Origin: an uncultured Candidatus Sumerlaeota bacterium | GTDB taxonomy: Bacteria > CAYMEV01 | Assembly (NCBI GenBank): GCA_964389675.1 | Contig: CAYMEV010000004.1 | Span: 62,001 to 126,000, forward strand | Direction of reading: 5' to 3' | DNA: 64,000 nt | Shown here: one piece after another, positions 45,670-55,469 of the stretch | How positions within the stretch are numbered: position 1 is the first letter of the stretch | How the letters are laid out: every line of letters begins with the position of its first letter | Program-made: the position numbers and the translations under genes | The notes under the pieces: model-generated | The model's input: the letters and a program-made list of their open reading frames with translations, nothing else | Databases searched by the model: none | What the model was told of the DNA's origin: nothing

Positions 45670-46857
45670 ATGCCGAAGTTATTAGAAAAATGCTATATGT
45701 TCAAAGATGCAGAAAAATATATGGATATGGGCCTTTACCCTTACTTCCTGCCAATCAACAGGGTCATTGACAATAAGGCAATTGTCGACGGCAAAGAGCT
45801 TATAATGGTCGGGTCAAACAACTATCTCGGCCTGGCACAGAATAAGACCGTTATTGAATCAGCTCAGAAGGCACTCAGGGAATACGGCTCATCAACATGC
45901 GGTTCAAGGTTCCTGAACGGAACACTTACCCTGCATACCGAACTGGAGGAAAAGCTGGCTGAATTCATGGGTTTTGATGCAGCACTTGCCTTCTCAACAG
46001 GCTTTCAGACAAACCTGGGGATTATCCCGTCGCTTGTTACAGAAGATGATACCATAGTAATAGATCAGTATGCACATGCAAGCCTGATAGATGCATGCAT
46101 GCTCTCAAGGGGAAAACTGCTCAGGTTCCGTCATAATTCCCCCTCCCATCTGAAAAAGGTGATCCAGCAGGCAAGGAATCAATCCGAGGGAATCCTGGTA
46201 GTTGTTGACGGTGTATATTCAATGGAGGGTGATATAGCCAATCTAAGGGAAATAGTACCGATAGCAAAGGAAAATGACTGCGCCATTTTCGTAGATGATG
46301 CTCACGGAATCGGTGTTCTCGGTGAAAACGGCAGGGGTACCGTTGAACACTTCGGCCTTATAGATCAGGTTGACCTTATAATGGGTACATTCTCAAAATC
46401 TCTGGCCTCCCTGGGAGGATTTGTTGTAGCAAACAGCAGGATCATCCATTTTATTAAGCATATATCCAGGCCTTTCATCTTTTCTGCAAGCATAAGCCCT
46501 GCAAATGTGGGTGCTGTTCTGGGCTCCCTGAGCATTATTAAATCTGAACCATGGCGAAGAAAACGGCTTATTGAGATATCCTTGAATATGAACAGGCAGT
46601 TCAAGGAGATGGGATTTAATGTAGGCTCTTCTGAAACACCGATCATACCTGTTATAATAGGCAATATCGAAACTACTCTGATGATGTGGAAGAAGCTTAT
46701 TGAATATGGCGTATTTACCAATCCAATTGTAGCGCCTGCAGTTCCTCCTAACAGATGCATGATAAGGACCTCCTACACTGCGACCATTTCAGATGAAGAG
46801 CTGGCCATTGTAGCTGATGCTTTTCAGAAGGCAGGAAAGGACCTGGGCATAATATAG
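45670..46857 (+). CDS. Alpha-oxoamine synthase, serine palmitoyltransferase-like
   Basis: GLYPYF, GSNNYLGL, GSRFLNGT, STGFQTN, HAS, DGVYSMEGD, DDAHG, GTFSKS and FIFSAS motifs. Confidence 0.8.
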   Translation: MPKLLEKCYMFKDAEKYMDMGLYPYFLPINRVIDNKAIVDGKELIMVGSNNYLGLAQNKTVIESAQKALREYGSSTCGSRFLNGTLTLHTELEEKLAEFMGFDAALAFSTGFQTNLGIIPSLVTEDDTIVIDQYAHASLIDACMLSRGKLLRFRHNSPSHLKKVIQQARNQSEGILVVVDGVYSMEGDIANLREIVPIAKENDCAIFVDDAHGIGVLGENGRGTVEHFGLIDQVDLIMGTFSKSLASLGGFVVANSRIIHFIKHISRPFIFSASISPANVGAVLGSLSIIKSEPWRRKRLIEISLNMNRQFKEMGFNVGSSETPIIPVIIGNIETTLMMWKKLIEYGVFTNPIVAPAVPPNRCMIRTSYTATISDEELAIVADAFQKAGKDLGII

Positions 46858-46948
46858 TCATTTTCATTTATAAATGACTGAGCTTATAAGTCCATAACGC
46901 ATATATGACAGCAGGAAATAGAAGAATAATCAGAGCAGGAGTTAAAGA

Positions 46949-48661
46949 TTGATAAAGCCCATAATTAAAGGATTATATACTGCATTGTCTGCAGTACTTC
47001 TCTTTATACCTTTTTTATTCGCAACAATAGACCATCAGATAAGCCAGATTGACATTCTGCCCGTATCAGCATTGAATACCGGCTTTTTCTTTTCAGTCAT
47101 GAAGGTGACCCGCCCGCCGTTAAGCTTTTTCAAACAGCCCATTAATACCGTTCTGTATACCATTGCTGTGTCTCTTATTATATTTACAGCCAGGGTATTT
47201 TTATCCAGCAAAGTGTTAAGATCAATGATTTCCTTTTATAAGCACTCTGTGGTAAAGGTCATCCCGGGCATTATTATAAGCACGATATCTCTTTCACTTT
47301 ATGTTATTGCCATATACCAGTCAGGCCCTTTCTCAACATTCAAGTCGAGAATCCCTTGGTTTAATGATTATTATTTAGTATTATCTATGTTTTTCCTGGC
47401 TCTGGCACTTTATTTTACTTCAGAAAACCTTATCAAGAAGAAGCTTACCATAAAGAAGTCCAGTTTGTATGACAGGCATGAGAAAATGGGCTTTCTGCTT
47501 TTCTGCAATATCATATATTCAGTTTACCTGACCGTGATGCTTTATTTTTTTTACAGATATTTCTTCAATTATTCCAGAAATAATACGCTTCTCATTAAAG
47601 AGAACCTCCTTTTCATAACCCTGTTTACATTATTATTCTTCTTTTTTTCAGGCTTTGTCCTGGGGCTTCTAAATATTGCTGAAAGAAAACGATTTCCTTT
47701 TGCAGGTTTTCTGCTGGCACTGCTTTCTTTATTATTCATAGTCTTTTTTGTGGACAGAGCCCTGGCCAATAATGAAAAAGACTGGTCAGAGCTGCCGGTC
47801 TTAAACCAGGCAAGAAGGTTTGTTATCATAGGCAAAGATACCATTATATATCAGTATCCTCGTATAGACGTCCTAAAGAACCTTAATACCTGCAAATATG
47901 GGCCAGATAAAGCCAATTTGACATTGCTCAGAGAAAACCTCCTTTCCGCAGGCGATCTATTCTCTTATGGCCTTAATACCAGGTTCTCCCTGAAAGATGA
48001 CTGGCTCCCCAAACTCCTCACTGCCTCCCCGGAACTCAACTCTGCTATGATGGGTTCGCTGAATGACCCCATGCACAATCTGAGGTCTGCTTTTCACCTT
48101 ATTTATTATCTTCTGCTCTTTAACCAGGATGTCCCTCATGACCATCCCCTCATATCATCAAGCCTTAAAATTCACGATACTGCCCTTACCAGCTGCCATA
48201 GATTCCCGAGAGATCTCACTCCCAAGGCCCTTAGAATAATTGAAATGCTTGACCACAGAAAAACACCAGAAACATTTATGATAAGGGGGAAAATAGATTT
48301 TGAGGAAAATATTATAAACACCGGCTCTGCAGATATGTTCATATCAATAATGAATAATAAGGATTTTGAATATGTCTCACAGGATATAAGCTCCGGCAAT
48401 TCTCCCGTTGATATGATATGGAAGTTCTGCGGCCCATTTATCAGGCTTGACGACAGCTCATTTGAATTTGAGGCTGTACTTGATGGGGGGGCATCATACA
48501 GGTTTATCATTTTGATCGACGATATATCAGACACCCTTGGAAATATAAGCGATATCAGGACTAATCTTTATAATATTGAGATCAGTTCCGGGCATACTGA
48601 TGAATACCGGATCAGTCTTAACCCAATAAAGACTGAAATCAGTGATGATGAAAACAACTGA
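46949..48661 (+). CDS. Hypothetical membrane protein (multi-TM N-half, soluble C-half)
   Basis: 570-aa ORF with AGGAG RBS and TTG start; about 7 hydrophobic segments; no recognised motif. Confidence 0.65.
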   Translation: MIKPIIKGLYTALSAVLLFIPFLFATIDHQISQIDILPVSALNTGFFFSVMKVTRPPLSFFKQPINTVLYTIAVSLIIFTARVFLSSKVLRSMISFYKHSVVKVIPGIIISTISLSLYVIAIYQSGPFSTFKSRIPWFNDYYLVLSMFFLALALYFTSENLIKKKLTIKKSSLYDRHEKMGFLLFCNIIYSVYLTVMLYFFYRYFFNYSRNNTLLIKENLLFITLFTLLFFFFSGFVLGLLNIAERKRFPFAGFLLALLSLLFIVFFVDRALANNEKDWSELPVLNQARRFVIIGKDTIIYQYPRIDVLKNLNTCKYGPDKANLTLLRENLLSAGDLFSYGLNTRFSLKDDWLPKLLTASPELNSAMMGSLNDPMHNLRSAFHLIYYLLLFNQDVPHDHPLISSSLKIHDTALTSCHRFPRDLTPKALRIIEMLDHRKTPETFMIRGKIDFEENIINTGSADMFISIMNNKDFEYVSQDISSGNSPVDMIWKFCGPFIRLDDSSFEFEAVLDGGASYRFIILIDDISDTLGNISDIRTNLYNIEISSGHTDEYRISLNPIKTEISDDENN

Positions 48662-49670
48662 ATATCAAAAGAGCCCGTTTGATGACCTTTTCCTCATCCT
48701 GCCGGCCATTTCCCGCAGTTTCTCGTATATTATACTTCGATTGAAGAACAGAGAGATCAGGAAGATAATTGCAGTAAGCTATATTCTTTTTCGTATTGCT
48801 GATACCATAGAGGATTCCATATGCAGCAATGATATCAAATCACAGCTGTTTGAACTCCTGCTGAAAATGACCTCCGGGGAAAGCTCTTTCACTGCAGATG
48901 ATCTTTGTGCATTCATGGCCCTGGCTGAAAACCTTGAAACTGGCAGTGAAGCGGAAAAACAACTTATAAAAAGGACCCGGACAGCTCTTAATGGGTATTA
49001 CCTTCTTGCAAAGGATATGAGGATAATAATAGACAAATGGCTTTGTGAAATGGTAAAGGGTATGAAAATTTACCTTAATAAAAGCATTTCAGATTTTGCC
49101 GATCTTGAGGATTATTGCTGGTATGTCGCAGGTACTGTCGGCTTTCTGCTGTCTGAAGTATTTGACTCATATAAGCTTCTACATACACCGCCTCAAGACC
49201 TGGGAACGGAGATCAGGCACTTTGCATTATCCCTGCAGAAGGTCAATATAATAAGGGATATCCATGACGACAGCAAAAAGGGAAGGTCATTCTGGCCGGA
49301 ATGCATATTTAACGGCAAAAAGCATTCTGCTTCCTGCCTCAGCGAGGCTGAAAAGTCCCGGCTTACAGGATTGATGATAGAAAATGCAGTTTTATCGGTC
49401 ATTAAAGGATATAAGTATGTACTCAACCTCAGAAGAAATGAACCAACGATCCGGTATTTCTGCATATTCAGCATTATACTTGCATTAAAAACCCTTATTT
49501 TGATAAAGAAAAAACCACTCGTCTTTGAAAAGAACATCAAGGTTTCCAAATCTGGTTTCTACCAGACCCTTCTTGAGGCAAAAATATCGACATATTCTAA
49601 CTCTTTCTATAAATATTCAGTTTCCAGGTATTTAAAATTCCTAAGTACACCGAAAAATGAAACAATTTAA
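48642..49670 (+). CDS. Squalene synthase-like (squalene/phytoene synthase family)
   Basis: SRSF, YILFRIADTIED, YCWYVAGTVG, LQKVNIIRDIHDD and GRSFWP motifs. Confidence 0.88.
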   Translation: MMMKTTEYQKSPFDDLFLILPAISRSFSYIILRLKNREIRKIIAVSYILFRIADTIEDSICSNDIKSQLFELLLKMTSGESSFTADDLCAFMALAENLETGSEAEKQLIKRTRTALNGYYLLAKDMRIIIDKWLCEMVKGMKIYLNKSISDFADLEDYCWYVAGTVGFLLSEVFDSYKLLHTPPQDLGTEIRHFALSLQKVNIIRDIHDDSKKGRSFWPECIFNGKKHSASCLSEAEKSRLTGLMIENAVLSVIKGYKYVLNLRRNEPTIRYFCIFSIILALKTLILIKKKPLVFEKNIKVSKSGFYQTLLEAKISTYSNSFYKYSVSRYLKFLSTPKNETI

Positions 49671-49696
49671 ATAATGACAGCATTATAAATATAAAA

Positions 49697-50593
49697 ATGA
49701 AAAAAAGGCCATATTTTATTATACTGATTGTAGCCCTTGCCGCAGCTATGCTGACAGGATGCAGGCAATCCGGAAACAGTACTGATAATCGTTCAATACG
49801 GGTTGTAAGCCTGTCACCTGCGATCACTGATATTATTATAGATCTTGGTTATAAAAGCACTCTTGTGGGAACAACTGAATACTGTGAAATTACACCCGAT
49901 ATGCAATGCCTGCAGATAGGCACCCTTATGGATATAAATCTTGAACAGCTCTATCTGCTTAAACCTGACATCATCTTTTTAACACCCTATCATTCCTCTC
50001 TGTTCCCAAAGCTGAAAGAGCTTTCGATCAGCTATAAATCCATAAACCTTGAGACGACAGAGGATATAATAAAGGCTATAAGCATTATCGGCAATTACTT
50101 TAATGATCCATCTGCAGCCGGGTCATATGAGAATAAGATAAATGATACCATAAAAAGATACAGGCAGCTCTCCATGCATCATGAGAAGCGTTCTGTAATT
50201 CTGGTTGTAGCAAGGGAAGCAGGGATGGTTACGTCCTTCTATGCGGTTGGAGGCAATAATTTTTTGAATGAGGTCATAGAGTATCTGAACTGCTATAACC
50301 CCCTTTCCGGATACATGCCTTCCTACCCCCTGATAAGCTCTGAAGAGCTTTACAGGATCAATCCTGATGCGATAATAGAGCTTTATGCCGACAGCCGGCT
50401 GAATGACAGAGAAATGATAAAAAGGGTTCAGGACTGGGGCAGGTTCGCCCGGTTGAAAGCAGTAAAGGAAAATTGTGTTTTCCTGATAAATGAGCCGTAT
50501 ATTGTCAGGCCCAGCACTAAAATAGTTTACATAATAAGAGACATATATAATATCCTTAACAGGGATAACGGAGCTGAACATGAAGATTCTTAA
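49697..50593 (+). CDS. Helical-backbone ABC substrate-binding lipoprotein (BtuF/Fe-siderophore-like)
   Basis: Lipobox LTG-C; RVVSLSPAITD, LVG.T.YC, NLE....LKPD and NPD.II motifs. Confidence 0.85.
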   Translation: MKKRPYFIILIVALAAAMLTGCRQSGNSTDNRSIRVVSLSPAITDIIIDLGYKSTLVGTTEYCEITPDMQCLQIGTLMDINLEQLYLLKPDIIFLTPYHSSLFPKLKELSISYKSINLETTEDIIKAISIIGNYFNDPSAAGSYENKINDTIKRYRQLSMHHEKRSVILVVAREAGMVTSFYAVGGNNFLNEVIEYLNCYNPLSGYMPSYPLISSEELYRINPDAIIELYADSRLNDREMIKRVQDWGRFARLKAVKENCVFLINEPYIVRPSTKIVYIIRDIYNILNRDNGAEHEDS

Positions 50594-51866
50594 AAGCCTG
50601 CTTATTTTTATTTTCCTGATATCGCTGATACTTTTGATAAGCTATCTTGATATTTACAGGAAAACCATGGATAAAGAGGTATCTGACAGTTCTTTCCTCA
50701 CAATCAGGGCACTCGAGATCAAAAGCCGCCCCCATGATAAAAAGATCATCAGCAGGGCATACGACGACAAGGTAACAGATAAGATAGAAAGGGGCAATAC
50801 ACTGTCTTATTTGCTATCCAGCTCAGGTTTTGATGATAATGACTCTACTGAGATAATAAGTGTCCTGTCGGAGCATGTCTCCCCTAAGAATATATCTGTT
50901 GATAATGAATATGCAGTATACTTCAAAGATGGCATGCCAAGGATCTTCGAGCTTCAGATAAACCCTTTCACCAGAATAAGGGTCAAAAAGAACACTGAAG
51001 GCTTCTGGGAGCACCTCATTATGGAGAAGCCGCTTATAAAGAGGGAAAGTGTAATAAAGGGAAAGATCGTATCATCACTGTATGATGCCATTGATAAGGT
51101 CGAAAGCAATGGTGTCCTTGCTATTGAACTCTCGGACATTTATTCCTTCGATATAGATTTCTTTACAGATCTCAGGCAAAATGACCTCTTTATAATAATT
51201 GTCGATAAAACCTTCCTTGATGAAGATTTCTACAGCTATGAAAAGATTAAAGCATGCGGAATGTATGCAAACAGGAAGGTCTACAAGGCTTTTTACCTTG
51301 ACGATGACGAATACAGGGGCTATTACAATGAGCTGGGGCACTCGCTGGAAAAGGATTTCTTAAAAGCTCCGCTGAATTACCGGCGAATATCCTCGCATTT
51401 TTCACGGAGCAGGCTCCACCCGGTACTTAAAAGGTATATGGCTCACAACGGCATAGATTATGCCGCACCGAGAGGGACACCAGTGGTTGCTCTCGGGGAC
51501 GGCAAAATAACCAAATGCGGATGGAACGGCGGCCTTGGAAATTATATAGAGATAAAGCATAATTCTGTCTACAGGACAGGCTACGGGCATCTTTCCGGCT
51601 TTGCCAGGAATATCAGGAAAGGGGTTTATGTAAAAAAGGGCGATCTAATAGCCTATGTCGGCTCCAGCGGGTTATCTACAGGCCCTCACCTTGATTTCAG
51701 GGTAATAAAGAACGGCCATTATATCAATCCCTTGAGCCTGAAGCCGAACAGGAAGCTGGACCTCAAAGGAGAAGTACTTGACAGGTTTCTGGAAAACATC
51801 ACCCGGTTCAATGCTGAGATGGATAGCTTCTTTACCAGCCGGCTTGAGCAATATAAGGATGAATAA
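50580..51866 (+). CDS. M23 peptidoglycan endopeptidase (MepM-like)
   Basis: N-terminal TM anchor; RISSHF, HNGIDYAAP, YGHLS and STGPHLDF motifs. Confidence 0.9.
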   Translation: MKILKSLLIFIFLISLILLISYLDIYRKTMDKEVSDSSFLTIRALEIKSRPHDKKIISRAYDDKVTDKIERGNTLSYLLSSSGFDDNDSTEIISVLSEHVSPKNISVDNEYAVYFKDGMPRIFELQINPFTRIRVKKNTEGFWEHLIMEKPLIKRESVIKGKIVSSLYDAIDKVESNGVLAIELSDIYSFDIDFFTDLRQNDLFIIIVDKTFLDEDFYSYEKIKACGMYANRKVYKAFYLDDDEYRGYYNELGHSLEKDFLKAPLNYRRISSHFSRSRLHPVLKRYMAHNGIDYAAPRGTPVVALGDGKITKCGWNGGLGNYIEIKHNSVYRTGYGHLSGFARNIRKGVYVKKGDLIAYVGSSGLSTGPHLDFRVIKNGHYINPLSLKPNRKLDLKGEVLDRFLENITRFNAEMDSFFTSRLEQYKDE

Positions 51867-51872
51867 TGAGAT

Positions 51873-53897
51873 ATGGGCAATTCAATCATAAAAGCAAGAA
51901 TTGAAGAACTCCGAAGAATAATCAGCCATCACAACCGGCTATATTATCAGAATGACAGCCCTGAGATATCAGACCAGGAATATGATGCTCTCTTCAGGGA
52001 GCTTTCGCTTCTTGAGAAGGAGCATCCTGAGTTTGACGAACCGGATTCCCCGACAAAAAAGGTTGGAGGGATGCCTGCTGAATCTTTCGAAAAGTTCGAG
52101 CATGCAATGCCACTCCTAAGCCTGGACTCGGTCTATGATATAACTGAAATACTTAATTTTGACCAGAGGGTAAAAAAGCTTGCAGGTGGTGATATCGATT
52201 ATGTATGCGAACCCAAGCTTGACGGCCTCTCCGTTGAAGTACAGTACCAAAACGGCTTATACTCTGCGGGTGCAACACGAGGTGACGGATATACAGGAGA
52301 GGATGTCACCTCTAACATTAAGACTATCAGGAACCTTCCTCTTTCATTATCGAATGAAAGGATTGAAGTACCTGACTTCCTCTCGATAAGGGGAGAGGTG
52401 CTGATGCCAATATCCGCCTTCAGAAACCTCAACAGGGAACTGGCTGAATCGGGCAAGGCGCCCTTTGCAAACTGCCGTAATGCTTCAGCCGGGTCTTTAA
52501 GGCTTCTGGACCCGGGCATAACATCCCGAAGGCCCCTGCTGGTATTTTTTTATGATATCCTTGATGCAGGAGGTATCAGCCACAAGAATCATACAGATGA
52601 GCTTGACTACCTCAGATCTGTCGGGCTGCCTGTGGTATTCAGCTATAAACCATGCAAAGATATCAATGAGGCTGTTTCATACAAATCGGAAATAGAAAAT
52701 TCGAGGGAAACCCTTGATTTTGATATTGACGGCTTTGTAATTAAGGTAAACAGCCTTGTGTACAGGAAAGTTCTGGGAGAGAAAGAAAGAAGCCCCAGAT
52801 GGGCAGTTGCTGTTAAGTTTTCGCCTGACCAGGCTGAGACCGTCATAAAGGATATCTATTTCCAGGTCGGAAGAACCGGTATAATAACACCGGTTGCAGA
52901 GCTTGAGCCTGTTATACTGAAGGGCGCGAGGATAAGCAGGGTAAGCCTGCATAATTTTGACTATACAGCCCAGAAGGATATAAGAAAGAATGATCATGTC
53001 ATTGTACAGAGAGCAGGTGATGTAATACCGGAAGTAGTATCTGCCATTACAGAAAAAAGGGACGGGAGCCAGAGAACGCTGAAACCTCCAGTGCATTGCC
53101 CTGTCTGCCAGTCACCTGTCTACAGGGAGGGCGCATATCTCTACTGTTCTTCTCCTATTTCATGCCCTTCTCAGATACTCTACAGCATAAACCACTTTGC
53201 TTCAAAATACGGCATGGATATTGATTCTCTCTCTTCAAAGACAATACAGACACTTCTCGACCATAGAAAAATTAAGGATGTTTCAGATATCTATTCACTG
53301 AAGAAGAGTGATATGGCCAGCCTTCCCCTGCTTGGAGAAAAATCAGCCAGCAACCTGGTCAAAGCCATTGAGGCATCAAAAAAGCGCCCTTTGGGCAGTT
53401 TCCTCTTTGCACTGGGGATCAGGGGAGTCGGACAGCATTTAAGCAATTTGCTTGCCAGAAGGTTTTCAGATCTTAAAAATCTGATGGCCGTCCTCAGCAA
53501 GGATGCTGAAGATGCAGAAAAGGAGCTTAATGAAATTAATGAAATAGGCCCTAAAATAGCTGCAAATATTGTCAAGTTCTTTAAGAATGAAAGAAACATA
53601 AGGATAGTAAAGAGGCTGCTTGAGCTCGGCGTAAGCCCTGAACCCCATCCTGCCCGGACGGCGCGCGCACTTGAGGAAAAATCATTTGTGATCACAGGAA
53701 GCCTTGAAAAATACACAAGAAGCCAGGCACAGAATCTGATAATAGAGAAAGGCGGCATCGTGCAGGCAAGTGTATCAAAAAGCACAAATTACCTGATAGT
53801 CGGGGAAAATCCAGGATCAAAGCTTGAAAGGGCAAAGAAGCTCGGGATTAATATTATAAGTGAAGGTGAATTTGAAGATCTTCTGAACAGCAATTGA
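51873..53897 (+). CDS. ligA: NAD-dependent DNA ligase
   Basis: ISDQEYD, EPKLDG, TRGDG, RGEV, VGRTG and RAGDVIPE motifs; Zn finger, HhH and BRCT domains. Confidence 0.97.
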   Translation: MGNSIIKARIEELRRIISHHNRLYYQNDSPEISDQEYDALFRELSLLEKEHPEFDEPDSPTKKVGGMPAESFEKFEHAMPLLSLDSVYDITEILNFDQRVKKLAGGDIDYVCEPKLDGLSVEVQYQNGLYSAGATRGDGYTGEDVTSNIKTIRNLPLSLSNERIEVPDFLSIRGEVLMPISAFRNLNRELAESGKAPFANCRNASAGSLRLLDPGITSRRPLLVFFYDILDAGGISHKNHTDELDYLRSVGLPVVFSYKPCKDINEAVSYKSEIENSRETLDFDIDGFVIKVNSLVYRKVLGEKERSPRWAVAVKFSPDQAETVIKDIYFQVGRTGIITPVAELEPVILKGARISRVSLHNFDYTAQKDIRKNDHVIVQRAGDVIPEVVSAITEKRDGSQRTLKPPVHCPVCQSPVYREGAYLYCSSPISCPSQILYSINHFASKYGMDIDSLSSKTIQTLLDHRKIKDVSDIYSLKKSDMASLPLLGEKSASNLVKAIEASKKRPLGSFLFALGIRGVGQHLSNLLARRFSDLKNLMAVLSKDAEDAEKELNEINEIGPKIAANIVKFFKNERNIRIVKRLLELGVSPEPHPARTARALEEKSFVITGSLEKYTRSQAQNLIIEKGGIVQASVSKSTNYLIVGENPGSKLERAKKLGINIISEGEFEDLLNSN

Positions 53898-53914
53898 TGG
53901 CCGGGCTTTAAATT

Positions 53915-54412
53915 CTATGCCATAATCCCCTTTATTTTGCTGAAAAGCCCGGAAGCGGCCTTTTTATCATGCCCTGCAAGGATATAGACATAATCATCGC
54001 TGATCCCCGCTTCAAAGATTATCTCAAAAAGCTGGACAGTTCTTTTTATTTCTGCTGTTTCAACTGATGCAAGAACAATCCTGCGGTCAAGCAGGGCATC
54101 CAAAACACAGGAAATATTATCACACAGGTCCTGAAAACCATAGAAAGCAGGGATTTTCCCCCGGCCTGATGATGCCTTGCCGGATTCCAGGGCTGAGAGG
54201 ATTGAATCAAAAGCATCAGTTATACAGGTATCTGTTATCTGCGGGTATATATAATTTATCAGGTATTGAAGCTGGTATTTTACTGCTTCCCTGCCCAGAT
54301 AGCCCTTGTTTTTTTCTTTTTTCATAATGCCTGATAATAGCAGGCCCTCTTCAAAATATACATACCCGGGGGCTGAAAGCCCTGAATGTGCATTATTCCT
54401 GCTGACATGCAT
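53915..54412 (-). CDS. Hypothetical protein (start uncertain)
   Basis: Fills the gap directly after the thioesterase on the same strand; no motif recognised. Confidence 0.45.
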   Translation of the reverse strand: MHVSRNNAHSGLSAPGYVYFEEGLLLSGIMKKEKNKGYLGREAVKYQLQYLINYIYPQITDTCITDAFDSILSALESGKASSGRGKIPAFYGFQDLCDNISCVLDALLDRRIVLASVETAEIKRTVQLFEIIFEAGISDDYVYILAGHDKKAASGLFSKIKGIMA

Positions 54413-54416
54413 AGGG

Positions 54417-54923
54417 CTATGCTTCCTCCAGCTCCACTGTATAATCCTGCATGCCTGCCGCACCCCCCATCATCTTGAGTGCCTTTTTACCGTCAATGAG
54501 CAGGTAGTTGGCCCGGCCTTCTGTATATACAATGTCATCCATGCATATATAAGAGCATATATTGATAATCCGGTTTATTTTTTTTTCTATCCTGGCCCTT
54601 GCACGGAAAATCCTGCATGAAGGCAGAGGCTTCTTAAACTTGACCTTCATGTCGATTGTCACACCGATACTCCTTTCAAAAACGATAACCGCCCAGGCCA
54701 TTATTTCATCAAGCACCGTGGACTGTATGCCTCCATGTATTATTCCAGGAAATCCGGTATAATTCTCGCCTAATGATACATCACAGTATATCCACTCATC
54801 ATCAACCATGAAATCTTTAAGCCTTAGCCCGGATTGATTTTCTCTTCCGCATGCAAAGCAGTGATTGCTGCTGTCCGTAAACATGGGAGATTTTACCCTG
54901 TATAGCCTGGTCTTTTCCTTCAT
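54417..54923 (-). CDS. PaaI/hotdog-fold thioesterase
   Basis: CFACG.EN..GL, GFPGIIHGG...LDE and F.KP motifs. Confidence 0.88.
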   Translation of the reverse strand: MKEKTRLYRVKSPMFTDSSNHCFACGRENQSGLRLKDFMVDDEWIYCDVSLGENYTGFPGIIHGGIQSTVLDEIMAWAVIVFERSIGVTIDMKVKFKKPLPSCRIFRARARIEKKINRIINICSYICMDDIVYTEGRANYLLIDGKKALKMMGGAAGMQDYTVELEEA

Positions 54924-54950
54924 ATTATAGAACAGTCCTTTTTTTTTTAC

Positions 54951-54979
54951 TTTATAAGGTTTTGGATGTAAATTGTCAA
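54951..54979 (-). promoter_or_regulatory. Sigma70-type promoter of the thioesterase
   Basis: TTGACA-N17-TATAAA. Confidence 0.6.
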
Positions 54980-55009
54980 TTATAAATCTTGCTGCCCTGG
55001 GAGATATAA

Positions 55010-55450
55010 ATGATTAATACTGCAAGGAAACTGGCCCCCATAATTATGTTTGTTTTAGCCTTTTCCTGCGGCTGTCAGGCTGAATCCTATTATACCACGA
55101 TCAGTATATCCAATAAGGATATTGATGTTGAGGTTGTCTACACAGACGAGGACAGGATGAAGGGTTTAATGGGCAGGGAAAGCCTTGAATCCGGGCATGG
55201 AATGCTCTTTATATTTGATTCTGAAGAATACAGGAGCTTCTGGATGAAGAATATGAAATTCGCCATTGATATCATATTTATTGACAGGCATGGGTTTATT
55301 GTGGATATAAAGAATGATTGCCAGCCATGTTCAGATGATGACTGCCCTTCCTATAATTCCTCACGGAGGGCAATGTATGTCCTTGAGGTAAAATCAGGTT
55401 TTGCCATGGAAAATAACATAAAAGATGGGGACAGGGTCCAGATAAACTGA
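55010..55450 (+). CDS. DUF192 family exported protein
   Basis: R.KGLM.R, GMLFIF, FWMKN, DIIFI and YVLEV motifs. Confidence 0.9.
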   Translation: MINTARKLAPIIMFVLAFSCGCQAESYYTTISISNKDIDVEVVYTDEDRMKGLMGRESLESGHGMLFIFDSEEYRSFWMKNMKFAIDIIFIDRHGFIVDIKNDCQPCSDDDCPSYNSSRRAMYVLEVKSGFAMENNIKDGDRVQIN

Positions 55451-55469
55451 ATCCTGCCCCTGAAAATAT

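Noticed and set aside
51670..51700. M23 peptidase with HLD instead of HLH as an inactive enzyme
   Set aside because: The HxxxD motif and the first His are intact, and I recall GPHLD(F/Y) as a frequent natural variant. Too little to call it inactive.
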